Shown one piece after another: positions 49,835 through 62,065 of a DNA stretch of 64,000 bases (the first letter of the stretch is position 1; each line of letters starts with the position of its first letter). The DNA is taken from contig OZ316896.1 of NCBI GenBank assembly GCA_973895155.1, forward strand, positions 10,303,525 to 10,367,524, in the 5' to 3' direction. Origin of the DNA: Marsupella aquatica (lineage: Eukaryota > Plantae > Marchantiophyta). The notes under the pieces were generated by a model. The model was not told the origin of the DNA. It saw nothing but the letters and a program-made list of their open reading frames with translations, and did not search any database. A program made the position numbers and the translations under genes.

Positions 49835-50410
49835 TGTCTATTTAATTATTATAGGATTGAATACAAAAAAGATTGACACGCACCAGGGTGCGTGACCTAC
49901 AATCATAGTAAGTACCACCCTTTAATTAATTAGTTTCTTTACAACAATTAATAGGATCGTTGTATATTACAATGTCTACTGGACATTCATTTGAATGTCA
50001 ATAATATCATGCCTTAATATCACCAAACTAAGGGCCCACTAACTAATATTATATCGTAAATAAACTAACCAACTAACTAACTTGTCTATTTAATTACTAT
50101 AGGGTTGAATACAAAAAAGATTGACACGCACCAGGGTGCGTGACCTACAATTATAGTATCACCCTTTAATTAGTTAGTTTCTATTGCTTTGACTCAATCA
50201 GGCATGGAACCATATAAAATCAGAAATCATTGAAAGTTGAGTTCACTTGAGGGTGTAACTATAATTATTATTTATTAATAGGATTGTTGTATATTACAAT
50301 GTCTACTGGACATTCATTTGAATGTCAATAATATCATGCCTTAATATCACCAAACTAAGGCCCCACTAACTAATATTATATCTTAAATAAACTAACCAAC
50401 TAACTAACTT
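49835..50410. repeat. AT-rich tandem duplication (~250-330 bp units)
   Basis: Blocks gattgacacgcaccagggtgcgtgacctacaat and tacaatgtctactggacattc each occur twice. Confidence 0.8.
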
Positions 50411-50702
50411 AGACGATAAGACTTGTCTAAACTTGAGTTCTCTGGCTACTACTATTCTGAGTTGCCTTTTAAACTGTATGCTAAACTACATGCTTCATTA
50501 CTGTCTAGGATTTGTCACTTGCTATGCATGTCAAGAGATAGTCTCTTGCCTTGACAGCAACATTCTTTGGAATTCCTACCAGCCCTGTCATTGGTCTTTT
50601 GCGTGCTTTGAAACACCACAAGGCAGAGGAAACATCTATTGTCTCAGCTTCCTTGTATATTGGAGATGGATCACGTTCCCATTTCTTATCCCAAGAATCT
50701 GC

Positions 50703-53700
50703 TCACCGCTCTCTTGGCTGCCAGTCTGATTGACCACGTTGCTTCTTTGCCATAAATGGTCTAAACCACTCAATGCCACATACATGAGTAAGAAGGTTTT
50801 GTTCATTCACTGGTCCTTCTACCACATCTGTAACAACTAACCCCATATGGACGGGATAAACATCCAGGTCTGAGTCGTCCGGCCGTACCAACACATAACA
50901 GCCCTTCACAACATCAACCCTAGGGTTAAAACTCTCAGGAGGTTTATCTTTTGCTGGTCCCACATAATCCACTGTTGCCTCCAACTCACATGCCACATTT
51001 TGATATTCTGGTGGAACGTGCTCTCTCCATATTGATAAAGGCCAAAACCCGTATTCCAAGTTGTGTGCACCTTCAGGTTCATGTTGCACCTGCTCACCCT
51101 GTAGAGTATCTACAATGTCATTCCAATAATTGATGAGAGTTGTCCAACGTCGCTTTGGTTCTTCCTCTTTTGTTCGCTTTAGAATAAACTCAAAGAATGA
51201 CACATGCTTCTTCAACCCTGTCAGCACTTCAGGAAGCATTTTCAACTCCATCATTGGTAGCCGTTTGGGCACCCCAATTGGGATGTGAGGAATTTTGTCA
51301 TCTTTCCATGACCACATTTCAATACCTTCCTTGGGTAACCATCCCTGATCAGTTGACTTCATTTTGTATTGGAAGCATGGCATACTATCATGACGAACAT
51401 AGAACCTAAACAACCTGGGTTTTAAATGCCCCACCAATGCCTCAGGGCCCTTCAACATGAATGGAGCTAAGTAGTTTTTGAAATCTGGGACCTCCTGTAG
51501 AAAATGTGGGACTGCATTGGGTGTCCTTGCTCTCATGAACAAGGACATTAACTCAGGCAATGAGTATGTGGGGTTATGCATCATAGACTCTGAAAAATGC
51601 CCGAACATACCGTCAACGTCCTCATGAGTATGCCCAACCACCATAAAACCAAGATGAACCTCTTCAAACACCTCCCTTGCCGTCAACAATGACAAATAAG
51701 CCATCATATATCTGTTCTTGTTGTCTGAGGCATAATTATCCAGTTGTAGCTTCAATACTCGTGGAAGGGGCCTGAACTTTGGTGCCTCAGGTGCTGCATC
51801 ACAATGTAACAATCTCAGAATGCTTTTAAACAAAACCCTAGTCAGACCCTAAACCCCAATTTAGGGTTTAGGGTTTAAACCCTATTAATGAAACCTTGGC
51901 TAGGAGGAGCAACAACTACACAAAGTAGAGTGTCAGTGTGTGTGAGCTTATATTATTAAATAATAATAAATTAAAGGATTGTGAGTAAAGTACCTAGGCT
52001 TGAGATGTAGGCAATGTCATCCTCAAATGCTCTAAGGACGCTTGCCTCCAAGATATCTGCTCTCCCAAAAAGGAGGTCTTTAAAAAGACTTGTCGAGTCT
52101 GGCCCCTCCACAAGTGATTTGATCATTGGATTTGGGTTTTCCAACATCCTTAGTATTGAATCAATTGACCCAATAGTGATGTTGACATCACCTGGCCACA
52201 CTCCAACATGATATTGGGCTATGGCCTTGGGACCATGACCATGAGTAAGGATACCAGTGACAGTAATTGGGAACTTTTGGGCACCATCCACATGCTTAGG
52301 ATTGAAGGGCATTCTTGGGAGAGCTGTCTTTGAATGATCCATCTTATCATGAATAAGGCATAACACTTCCTTTGGACGATGGATGGACTCATATCTCCAG
52401 GTATGATAGCACATTCTTTGTTGTGTGTGGTCTTGGTGATGTTCCTCCTCGTCACGCCTTAGGCCCTCTAACTCTTCCTTAGCTCCTGTAAGGTTTGCTT
52501 TCCGTTGAAGCAACTCACTACAAGTTGTACACTTTGAAAAGTTGTTGCCCTTTTTGTGACGTGAGAACTCCCTGAAATACATCTGATGTAGATGACTCAA
52601 GGTGGGTTGGGAAATTGGAGGAAGACCAGCCTCCTGGATGACAACATTAACCCTGTTTCTAATATTCTCCCAAGTAAGATTTGTTGGCAATTCCCTCAAA
52701 ACCATCCTTGTATTATCTGCCATGGTTCTCAACTTGGCTGGATGATGATCAGCTGCCTCCTCAATAATCTCTTTCATTGACATGAACGCTTGAGATACTT
52801 TCTCGGACATACGCCTTTTTCCAGCATTACCATGGGTACCTATGTTCATTCCAGCCATCACAGTCTTCTTCAAGGCATAAAATTGAGTCTTTCCTCTTGA
52901 ATGAATGATTCTCCATGCCTCCAAGCACAATACTTTGCCCTCCACTGCTAGAATCCTTTCTCCAGTACCCAAGTGTATTGTATTTTTAATAGCCTTGATT
53001 TCCTCCTCCTTGCGCTCCGCAAAAGATTTTGACCACCACTTTTGCCTAATTGCCATAGCCAAGTTGCGGTCCAAATATTGGCAACAATGTTCACTACAAC
53101 AGTCCTTAGTGTTTATCAACAACACATCTTGACCTGCCAAAGATGTGTCTCTTCTAGATGTCTGGGAAGATGGACTCTTTCTTTTCCTACTTTTATGGAC
53201 GTAGGACCGCTTGCCACTTGTTGGAGATGTGTTCCCTCCCACAGCTTGCCTGATGTTGTGGAAAGACAACAAGTTGCCATCCTTGGCAATGAGTTGGTCC
53301 ATCGACCAAGCTTTTAAGCAATCTCTATGCTTCAGATGATCTATGGTAGCTCCCTCGACAAAATCGTTGATCAGAATTCCCACATGTGTATTCCCAAGGG
53401 TGACATCCCCAAGCTTGACTATAGGATCTAGAACATGTATAGTTGCCACTGCAAATATCAACTTGTTCTCATCCACCACCTTTACAGGCATGCCCATCCA
53501 CAAGGCCTTTGGTAAAACTACTTCCACACCAGACCGACTCTCATTATGGTTGTTCCCATCAGAATTTTGATTGACTGGATCTTGATCATCACCAACAGTG
53601 CCAAACACATCCTCCGATTCCATGGGAGCTTGAAAAAGCTGATTCCTTTCCCATACAAGGTAACCCCCAATCATGTCCTTCAAAAGTTCGCCATCTTCGC

Positions 53701-53902
53701 ATAGAATGGTCTCGTCAAAAACTTCCTCCAATAGAAGAAGAACTCTGTCCGCCCCAAGAGGAACATTGTGACAAACCCTGGAAGGATCAAGACTTATCAC
53801 GCAACCTTTTCCAACCTGTTTCTCACGTATGCCTATAATTACTTGTCCGCCTTCCCTGATCCAGACTGTCGATGTCACCATAATAATTATGATCCTGCAC
53901 AT
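50703..53902 (-). CDS. Sola-like/DUF7869-type transposase of element 2 (exons ~53893-51994 and 51793-50703)
   Basis: DCCSEHCC, FSKCTTCSEL, LIHDKMDHSK, LKLQLDNYASDNKNRY, VGHTHEDVDGMF. Phase-1 GT-AG intron 51993-51794 joins in frame (ISSL-A-PEAPKF). No stops in either exon; 5' exon not identified. Confidence 0.82.
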
Positions 53903-54280
53903 CAGAGAATATCACTGTAAGTGTATAGTCCTGTCACGTCCGTCAATTTCACTGCACTGTCCTGTCACGTCGGTCAATAAGCAGAATGTAGTCAATGCAC
54001 TGCGCTGCACGCGACTGGTCGCGTGACCCTAGAGGTACCACACATACCGGCAACAGACTATGCATGGTCCGTCAGTCATGTCAAATGAATGAGAATGACC
54101 ACAATCGATTACGATCAATCATTTCACATCCACTCAGAACAAATGAGTGGACAGTCAATAACTACTGAGGACAGTAGTCCTAATAAGCGCCAGTAAAACA
54201 TCCGTGAACTGCATTGTCCTGTCACAACCGTCAATAAGTAGGCAAAATATAGTCAATGCACTGCCATGCACGCAACTAGT

Positions 54281-54576
54281 CGCGTGACCTTAGTCAGAGG
54301 GTGTAGGGATAACAGGGTCTACGACGTAGAAGCTAGAAGGCTAGGCCCAAACTCTAGCTCGTAATTGGTACTTCATAAGTAAGATACGATTGCGCGTGAG
54401 ACAGGAAGATACAATTACGGATCTAAAGGCATGTCGCGTGACCTTAGTCAGAGGGTACAGTGTCTACGACGTAGAAGCTAGAAGGCTAGGCCCAAACTCT
54501 AGCTCGTAATTGGTACTTCATAAGTAAGATACGATTGCGCGCGAGACAGGAAGATAAATTACAGATCTAAAGGCAT
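54281..54576. repeat. Tandem duplication of ~145-150 bp
   Basis: cgcgtgaccttagtcagaggg...gatctaaaggcat twice. Confidence 0.85.
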
Positions 54577-55050
54577 CACACATACCGGTAAAGATAATGC
54601 ATGGTCCGTCAGTCATTTCAAGTGTGAGAACGACTACAATCGATTACGAACAATCATTTCAACTCCACTTAGGAAAAATGAGTGGACAGTACCAGTTTAC
54701 AAATGAGTGGACACTGGACAGTCAGTAACTATTGACCTTCATAAGAAATCTCAGTACTTCACTAGCAATCAGTATTCCCGGGGCAGTCGCCAAACGTGAA
54801 ATTATAGTCATAATTAGAGGACAACTGAAATTCCCGCCAATTCTAATACACGCCAGTCAAACGCGCACCCTCTTCTAGAAACCACTATGTACAATGACTA
54901 GTGGAGACTAAACAGTATAAAGCATTGAGATGATCTCTATTGCTCATTCCCCCACGCATTCCACTTTCTGGCTACTGGATAATCTATTCGCACATCAACT
55001 CTCTCATTTCCAATTCTTAGTCTCGGTCAGCATCTCTTGTTTGAAGGGCG

Positions 55051-55593
55051 ATGACTACTCCGCTGAGCTCGAAGAATGAGGATGTTTCGACGGACGATTC
55101 AGAAGGTTTGACGTATCGAATTCGTGGTACTCCTTACAGAATGTGTCAGCGATGTAATATAATGTTTATGGTGACTAAATCGGGTCAAATGTTTTGTGAG
55201 AGACGACATTGTTCGCCACATTTGTCGATGGAAGATCAGATGGAGACCAATCCGACAGAGATGACTACAAAGATGGCATCAGGGGAGAAGTTAAAGGGCA
55301 AAGCCCTCGTGGAATCCGTTTCGAGGGGGGAGAAGTTGAAGGCCAGAGCATGCGTCGAATCCATTTCGGGGGAAGCAGCACCAGACGCTAAGACAGTCAA
55401 GAAGGAGGCCAAGAAAGTGGACGCACCAAAGAAAAGGCAATTAGAGATGAACAAAGATTCTGATTTGTATTACAGAAAGAGCAAGCCGAGAAAATCTATG
55501 GACGTTAGGACTTGGGCAAAGGAAGAATTTCTGGATTCAAGGGAATCCACACCAGACACCGATGAGTGGATGCCTTCATCTTGGAATGACTGA
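55051..55593 (+). CDS. Hypothetical zinc-ribbon protein (180 aa)
   Basis: RMCQRCNIMF...FCERRHC; internal GEKLK..VES duplication; tataaa at ~54917. Confidence 0.6.
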   Translation: MTTPLSSKNEDVSTDDSEGLTYRIRGTPYRMCQRCNIMFMVTKSGQMFCERRHCSPHLSMEDQMETNPTEMTTKMASGEKLKGKALVESVSRGEKLKARACVESISGEAAPDAKTVKKEAKKVDAPKKRQLEMNKDSDLYYRKSKPRKSMDVRTWAKEEFLDSRESTPDTDEWMPSSWND

Positions 55594-55796
55594 CTCGATC
55601 GAAGTCAACAATATTTTGAGTAGTCGAAGATTAGAACTACAGATTCAAGAGTAGTTCAAGTTAGAACTTGTTATAGATACTGTGTAGCTTAAATTCCTGG
55701 ATAGTGCTAGTGGATATGGATTCCACATCCGAAGTCCTTCGGGATCGATGTAACCATTTTTGCAATCAAGGAAAAATCGAGATTCCTCTGACTGAC

Positions 55797-56745
55797 AATT
55801 TGCTAGGCTGTCGACTACAATAAACAATATCAAAAAGACCTGAGATAAATTGGTTCACGCGACTGTGCGCGTCATGAACTACATGTGTAACCAAAAACAG
55901 GTCATCCTACTAACAAGTTGAGATCAGGCAGATCTGAGAAATAAAGGGCGATTACGTCTAAGAGTGCAGAGCTTTCGCTAACCTCTAAAACATTAACGCG
56001 ACCGGGCGCGTGATGAAACGAAGACCTCGGTTTTAAAATATATTTCTGGCCAATTCGCTGGGCAGTCGACTACAATAAACAATATCAAGATAAATTGGTT
56101 CACGCGACTGTGCACGTGACGAACTACATGTGTAACCCAAAAAACAGGTCATCCTACTAACAAGTTGAGATCAGAAAGATCTGAGAAATAAAGGGCGATT
56201 ACGTCTAAGAGTGCAGAGCTCTCGCTGACCTCAAAACCATTAACGCGACCGGTCGCGTGAATCAGAACTCGGTTTCAAAATAGATTTCTGGCCAATTCTC
56301 TAGGCTTTCGACTACAATAAACATTATCAAAAGACACGAGATAAATTGGTTCACGCGACTGTGCGCGTGACGAACTACATGTGTAACCAAAAAACAGGTC
56401 ATCCTACTAACAAGTTGAGATCAGAAAGATCTCTGAAATAAAGGGCGATTACGTCTAAGAGTGCAGAAATTTTGCTGACCTCTAAAACATTAACGCAACC
56501 GTGCGCGTGATGAAACGAAGACGTTGGTTTTAAAATAGATTTCTGGCCAATTCGCTAGGCTATCGACTACAATAAACAATATCAAAAGACATGAGATAAA
56601 TTGGTTCACGCGACTGTGCGCGTGACGAACTGCATGTGTAACCAAAAAATAGGTCATCCTACTAACAAGTTGAGATCAGGAAGATCTGAAAAATGGACCT
56701 CGATTACGTTACGTTTTGCTAGGCCGTCGACTACAATAAACAATA
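55797..56745. repeat. ~245-255-bp tandem array (~3.7 copies), two element-2 palindromes per unit
   Basis: Units start near 55797, 56052, 56294 and 56549; contain cacgcgactgtgcgcgtg and acgcgaccggtcgcgtg. Confidence 0.9.
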
Positions 56746-58179
56746 GCAAAACGTACGGACAACTATACGCGTACGCCATACAATTATAGACTAGAGAATT
56801 CATTCGGATCCTCTACTAGTACTTCTGATACATTGCTTCTATATTGGACTTGAAACACGGATTGATCAAACTCGAAGTGAGAAATTGGACCATAACTTCA
56901 TTGACTCAATTCATGCATTGAATGCGTGATTTAAGGCAACTACTCTCCTCATTTATTGTGGAATTAATGTTGATTGATACTTACAAGTTATTCAGTTGCG
57001 TGTGGTCTCAGCAATGTTGGTGGCAACCCTCCGATGTTGGCGGAAACCCTCCTCCCAGCCAAGCCTCTTCCTTCCAGCGTACCCTCCTCGTCCCAGCCAA
57101 CTAAGCCTCCTCCTTCGAACTCCAATTTCCTTGAGTATCGGGATCGAATCCCACCACCAGAGAATGACAACTTGTTGATCGTATCAAGATCAAAATCCTC
57201 GACCAGACTGTGATTTCAGAATAGCCGCTCTTTGTTGGTCCGCTAGAATGCTTCGATGAATGAGGCAGACTATGGAGGTTCTAAATGTTTGTCGTCTCGC
57301 TTCGTCGCAACTCTCCCGCTTGATCGGATGTGCTCTCCCCAAGATTGAAGGTGATACAACAAGAACTGCGCCAGCGTTGCTTGAATGAGCTCCGCCTCCG
57401 ACTGGAATAGTCGAATGATCCAATCTGCTCCACCTCAAATGTGCCTTGGATCAGCCTCCGCTGAGAGCCCAGCTAGTATCCTGGTAAGGAGAAACTGAAA
57501 ATGAAGAATGATCCGTGAGCAATGAGATCAGTCTATTGACTCCATGGAGGATGTGTTCATCTGGACTCGATTTTGATTTTGAAAATTGGTTGAGTCTCCA
57601 GTCGTGAGAATCATTGTACAGGATTGATTTTGAATATCGGTTCTCCCCGACCGTGAGAATCGTTTTACGTTGTTTAGAGTAAGGGTTTGAATTGGCAAGA
57701 TAGAGAGTGGAGTACGGATCCGGATCCAACGGTCTCCACTACCAAAATGGAATGATTTTGAAGTTTGCCTCCACTACGTGATGGAACGATCGTGAGAAAG
57801 TTGTCGTTCGTTCACATTTTGGATTTGAATTGGCAGATATAGTGAAGATACGGATCCGGATCCGGATCCGGGGGTCCCCACTAACAATCTTTCGCAGTTG
57901 CATAATTACCGGTTTAAATTTCAAATTGGCCATCAAATAGAAATCTCCTTTAGTACGGAAAATCAAAAGGAATGCGGTAATCTTTTTTTCACGATTGCAT
58001 AGTTTGTTCAGTCGATGGTGGAGTGTACGGAGATCATCTGGAACCTTCCTGTCGCTAGGTTGTTATTAGGGTTATGCTAAAACAATACCCTAATTAGTCC
58101 TTCCTTAGTGTCGGCGCCCACGGTCTCGAGTTCATTGTTCATTGTTGTTGTTTCTCGCTCCCTAGACTTTTGCATGCCT

Positions 58180-58441
58180 GCTCTTGTCGCTCTCGCTCTC
58201 GTCACTCTCGCTCTCGCTCTCGTCGCTCTCGCTCTCGCTCTCGTCACTCTCGCTCTCGCTCTCGTCGCTCTCGCTCTCGCTCTCGTCGCTCTCGTCGCTC
58301 TCGCTCTCGCTCTCGTCGCTCTCGCTCTCGTCGCTCTCTCTCTCGTCGCTCTCGCTCTCGTCGCTCTCTCTCTCGTCGCTCTCGCTCTCGTCGCTCTCGC
58401 TCTCGCTCTCGCTCTCGCTCTCGTCGCTCTCGCTCTCGCTC
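58180..58441. repeat. (CTCGCT)n/(CTCGTCGCT)n microsatellite
   Basis: Direct reading of the sequence. Confidence 0.95.
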
Positions 58442-59474
58442 CTGCCCTGGATTTCATTTTTGTCGTTGTAGCTCGTTCGTTGTGGTCAGGTGCTTGTCGG
58501 CACGTTGCAGCTCTTAGTAGTTGTCGATCGTTTCGACCAGGAGCTCGTTGGTGCATTGCAACTCGCATTTACAGCTCGTATTCACTTCTAGTTTGCTAGT
58601 TCGTTGCAGCTAGCTTTTTGGGAGTGCTTGTATCAGCTCGTGTCAGCCAATTTTAAGCTCATATCATCTCGATCAACGTGTTTCAGCATTCAGGTTTGTT
58701 TCACCTCTTTGAATCTTCAGGTTTAGTGCGCTTTTATTCATGCTCAGTTTGCCTATCCATAGCTTTGATTGTACTTCTGAAAGAGTCTTTTTAACTCGAC
58801 ATAATGAGCTCCTTAGCATTAAGCACATGTTATTCAATTGGTGGCAGCAAAGCTCTATGTATAGAAGTATAGAAGCTGTGTTGTTGTTGCTTAGCATATT
58901 AATATCTTTAATCTTATATTTACTTTCTGGAATGCCGCAGCAACGTGTTCAAGTGCTTGGACGTCAATCTCTCAGACGATTACATTAATTTTTCAGAATT
59001 CAGGTGTAATTTCTACATTTTTTGCTGGTGTTGATTGTGGTTTGCTAAAATTTCTCTTGATTGTTAAGCACAATTTTCATAATGCGGTTTGTTTGTAAAC
59101 TCAAATATGTGTGAATCATACAAACTCACTAATTAAAATACAACCTGAATCGTCTTAAGTAAGTCATTACAAACTTGCACGCTGTGAATTTAATCATATA
59201 AACTCTCATGTTATGTGAATCTCATTACACTGAATCCTTTAATTGACAAATACAACCAGTAGACTACTAAATTGAATCATCTTAGCTAGATCATTCTCTA
59301 AACTTCTAATATATAATAGTTTCACAATGACAGAGCTCAAACATCTGAATTATTGTAAAGTTCATGAATGAATACAAATGAATGATTATGCTTCCTCGGA
59401 TTTCCTTGTCCGTACGGGTCAGTAATCACAATTGTATCACTGTATTATCCTATTGTCCAAAAGTTGTTTCAGCT

Positions 59475-60712
59475 GTTGACGCGACCAGTCGCGTGAAAAT
59501 ACTATGAGGTTCCTTTTAGGACCAGTTGACGCGACCAGTCGTGTGTGAGAAGGAAACTGGATAGATTTACTGAGCGCGTACCATATCCAAATCTCCACAG
59601 AAGGTTTAGTGGATATAGTTGTTTAGGTTCAGTTGACGTGACCAGTCGCGTCTGACGTAGATCTCTCATTGACTCGCTCTGTTAGAGGAGGTAAGGTTCC
59701 TTTTAGGACCAGTTGACGCGACCAGTCGCGTGTGAGAAGGAAACTGGATAGATTTACTGAGCGCGTACCATATCCAAATCTCCACAAGGAAGGTTCAGTG
59801 GATATAGTTGTTTAGGTTCAGTTGACGCGACCAATCGCTTCTGAGGTTGCTCTCTCATTGACTAGTTCTGTTAGAGGAGATAAGGTTCCTTTTAGGACCA
59901 GTTGACGCGACCAATCGCATGTGAGAAGGAAACTGGATAGATTTACTGAGCGCGTACCATATCCAAATCTCCACAAGGAAGGTTCAATGGATATAGTTGT
60001 TTTGGTTCAGTTGACGCGACCAGTCGCGTCTGAGGTTGCTCTCTCATTGACTGGTTCTGTTAGAGGAGTTAAGGTTCCTTTTAGGACCAGTTGATGCGAC
60101 CAGTCGCGTGTGAGAAGGAAACTGGATAGATTTACTGAGCGCGTACCATATCCAAATCTCCACAAGGAAGGTTCAGTGGATATAGTTGTTTAGGTTCAGT
60201 TGACGCGACCAGTCGCGTCTGAGGTTGCTCTCTCATTGACTGGTTCTGTTAGAGGAGGTAAGGTTCCTTTTAGGACCAGTTGACGCGACCAGTCGCGTGT
60301 GAGAAGGAAACTGGATAGATTTACTGAGTGCGTAAAATATCCAAATCTCCACAGAAGGTTCAGTGGATATAGTTGTTTACGTTCAATTGACGCGACCAGT
60401 CGCGTCTGAGGTAGCTCTCTCATTGACTGGTTCTGTTAGAGGAGGTAGGGTTCCGTTTAGGACCAGTTGACGTGACTAGTCGCGTCTGACGTAGATCTCT
60501 CATTGACTGGCTCTATTAGAGGAGGTAAGGTTCCTTTTAGGACCAGTTGACGTTACCAGTTGCGTGTCAGAAGGAAACAGGATAGATTTACTGAGCGCGA
60601 ACCATATCCAAATCTCCACAAGGAAGGTTCAATGAATATAGTTGTTCAGGTTCAGTTGACGCGACCAGTCGCGTCTGAGGTTGCTCTCTCATTGACTGGT
60701 TCTGTTAGAGGA
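59475..60712. repeat. ~188-bp tandem array (~6 copies), two element-2 palindromes per unit
   Basis: Units aggttccttttaggaccagttgacgcgaccagtcgcgtgtgagaagg... at 59507, 59693, 59883, 60072, 60261 and 60528. Confidence 0.93.
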
Positions 60713-60847
60713 CGAAGAAACATTTATGATTTCACATTGTGACCCGAAAAAATCAGTCTCAAAGAATTGTTTATGCATTCTGATTTGTAGACGCGACCAG
60801 TCGCGTGAAAATAATCTCTGGGATATATCATTTGGCTGAAAAGAGTC

Positions 60848-61399
60848 ATGGGCGAACCTGGTCTGGAGAGCTTCAGATATCTATGCCCAATATTTGACGT
60901 TTTGGACAGAAGCCAAGATGGTCTACTTGCGGGATATTATGTATTTGTTGAAACACTACTACCTGGACTTCCAGATTTCATTGTCACGGAATTGATATGG
61001 CCTCGGATCCAGGAGACTTTTAATTCCTCGACTAATGCAGGAAATTTCTCAATAAAGGAATTGGATGAGTTTGTAGGACTATCTTCGGTGTGTCGCAGAT
61101 GGCGCCACCTTGTTGGGAATACCTATCTTCTGGGTGTAATCAAGTTGAGTTTATTAGATTTGGCTTTCCCAAGAAATCCTACTAAACCGATCGGAAATGA
61201 GTCTTTCTCATCGACAGTTCAAAGTTTCTTCCAGAAATACCCAAGAATTAAATTCATGGGGTCAATGTCCAGAGATCTTAGGGAACTCTTCACGAAGACT
61301 TACGATGCTCTTCACCCTCTTGAAAAATGGAAATTTACAGTCAGATGCCACGAAGTTGGATACCTTGAGGGTGACATCTACGCTTTTAAGGAATTCTAG
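60848..61399 (+). CDS. F-box-like cargo protein 1 (183 aa)
   Basis: LLPGLPDFIVTELIWPRI...LSSVCRRWRHLV. Confidence 0.72.
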   Translation: MGEPGLESFRYLCPIFDVLDRSQDGLLAGYYVFVETLLPGLPDFIVTELIWPRIQETFNSSTNAGNFSIKELDEFVGLSSVCRRWRHLVGNTYLLGVIKLSLLDLAFPRNPTKPIGNESFSSTVQSFFQKYPRIKFMGSMSRDLRELFTKTYDALHPLEKWKFTVRCHEVGYLEGDIYAFKEF

Positions 61400-61464
61400 T
61401 TAACTTACGTGACGAAGCGCGTCGTATGTCTTCTAACAATGTTTTGTGATATGATAAAAGCAGG

Positions 61465-62052
61465 ATGAGCCAACTTTTGAATGAGGCTCGAGATTTCCTT
61501 TCATCTCATGAAAAGAAACAGAAAACAATATGGGATACGCTGGATGAAACCTCCTCTAGTCTCATTGGAGGAATACCAGATGTTTTGGTCATTTCAAACA
61601 TTTGGCCAATACTCTACGAACACTTTATTTCAATTGAAAGATTGCGTGGATATCGACACCTCGATAACGATTTGGTTATCGATAGGGTCTGAGACCTTAT
61701 TCGGCTTGGAGCTTGTAGCAAGAAGTGGAACTTTTTAGTTACAAATACAAGGTTATGGGCTATCCTCAAACAAGCAAACCGGATTGTCGATGTTGCAAAT
61801 GATGCTCTTTACGACATACCCAAAACTGAGGAGTTGGAGTTTGACTCAGTCTGTCGAGTTATTCGACAGGATATTTCTATGCTTCCAGAAATATCTGTTC
61901 TTGGGACTACTACTTTTGACGAAATTGCATTGTTTACAAACAAATATAGGAATTTAGATGAGGAAGAACGAGATGTCCTAATCGAAAGGTTTGGTAGATT
62001 TTCTCAGAATCTCGGTGGTCCCAGTTCTTATTGGATAGGTTCTTGTTCTTAA
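61465..62052 (+). pseudogene. F-box-like cargo protein 2, one in-frame TGA at 61690
   Basis: LIGGIPDVLVISNIWPIL...RV*DLIRLGACSKKWNFLVTNTRLWAILK, continuing in frame to 62052. Confidence 0.72.
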
Positions 62053-62065
62053 TCTTTTCCATATT

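Noticed and set aside
51832-51885. Interstitial telomere or chromosome fusion scar
   Set aside because: Only a few degenerate units inside an intron; better read as teloboxes.
56988-57480. Organellar insert with U-to-C-edited stop codons
   Set aside because: No recognisable organellar gene; methylation-driven C-to-T decay is the simpler explanation.
58077-58599. RS-rich, ALV-rich and RAT-rich ORFs
   Set aside because: Translations of a microsatellite, open in several frames.
59475-60712. CRISPR-like array of palindromic repeats
   Set aside because: Intervening sequences are near-identical between units (no unique spacers), there are no cas genes and the context is eukaryotic; it is a tandem satellite.
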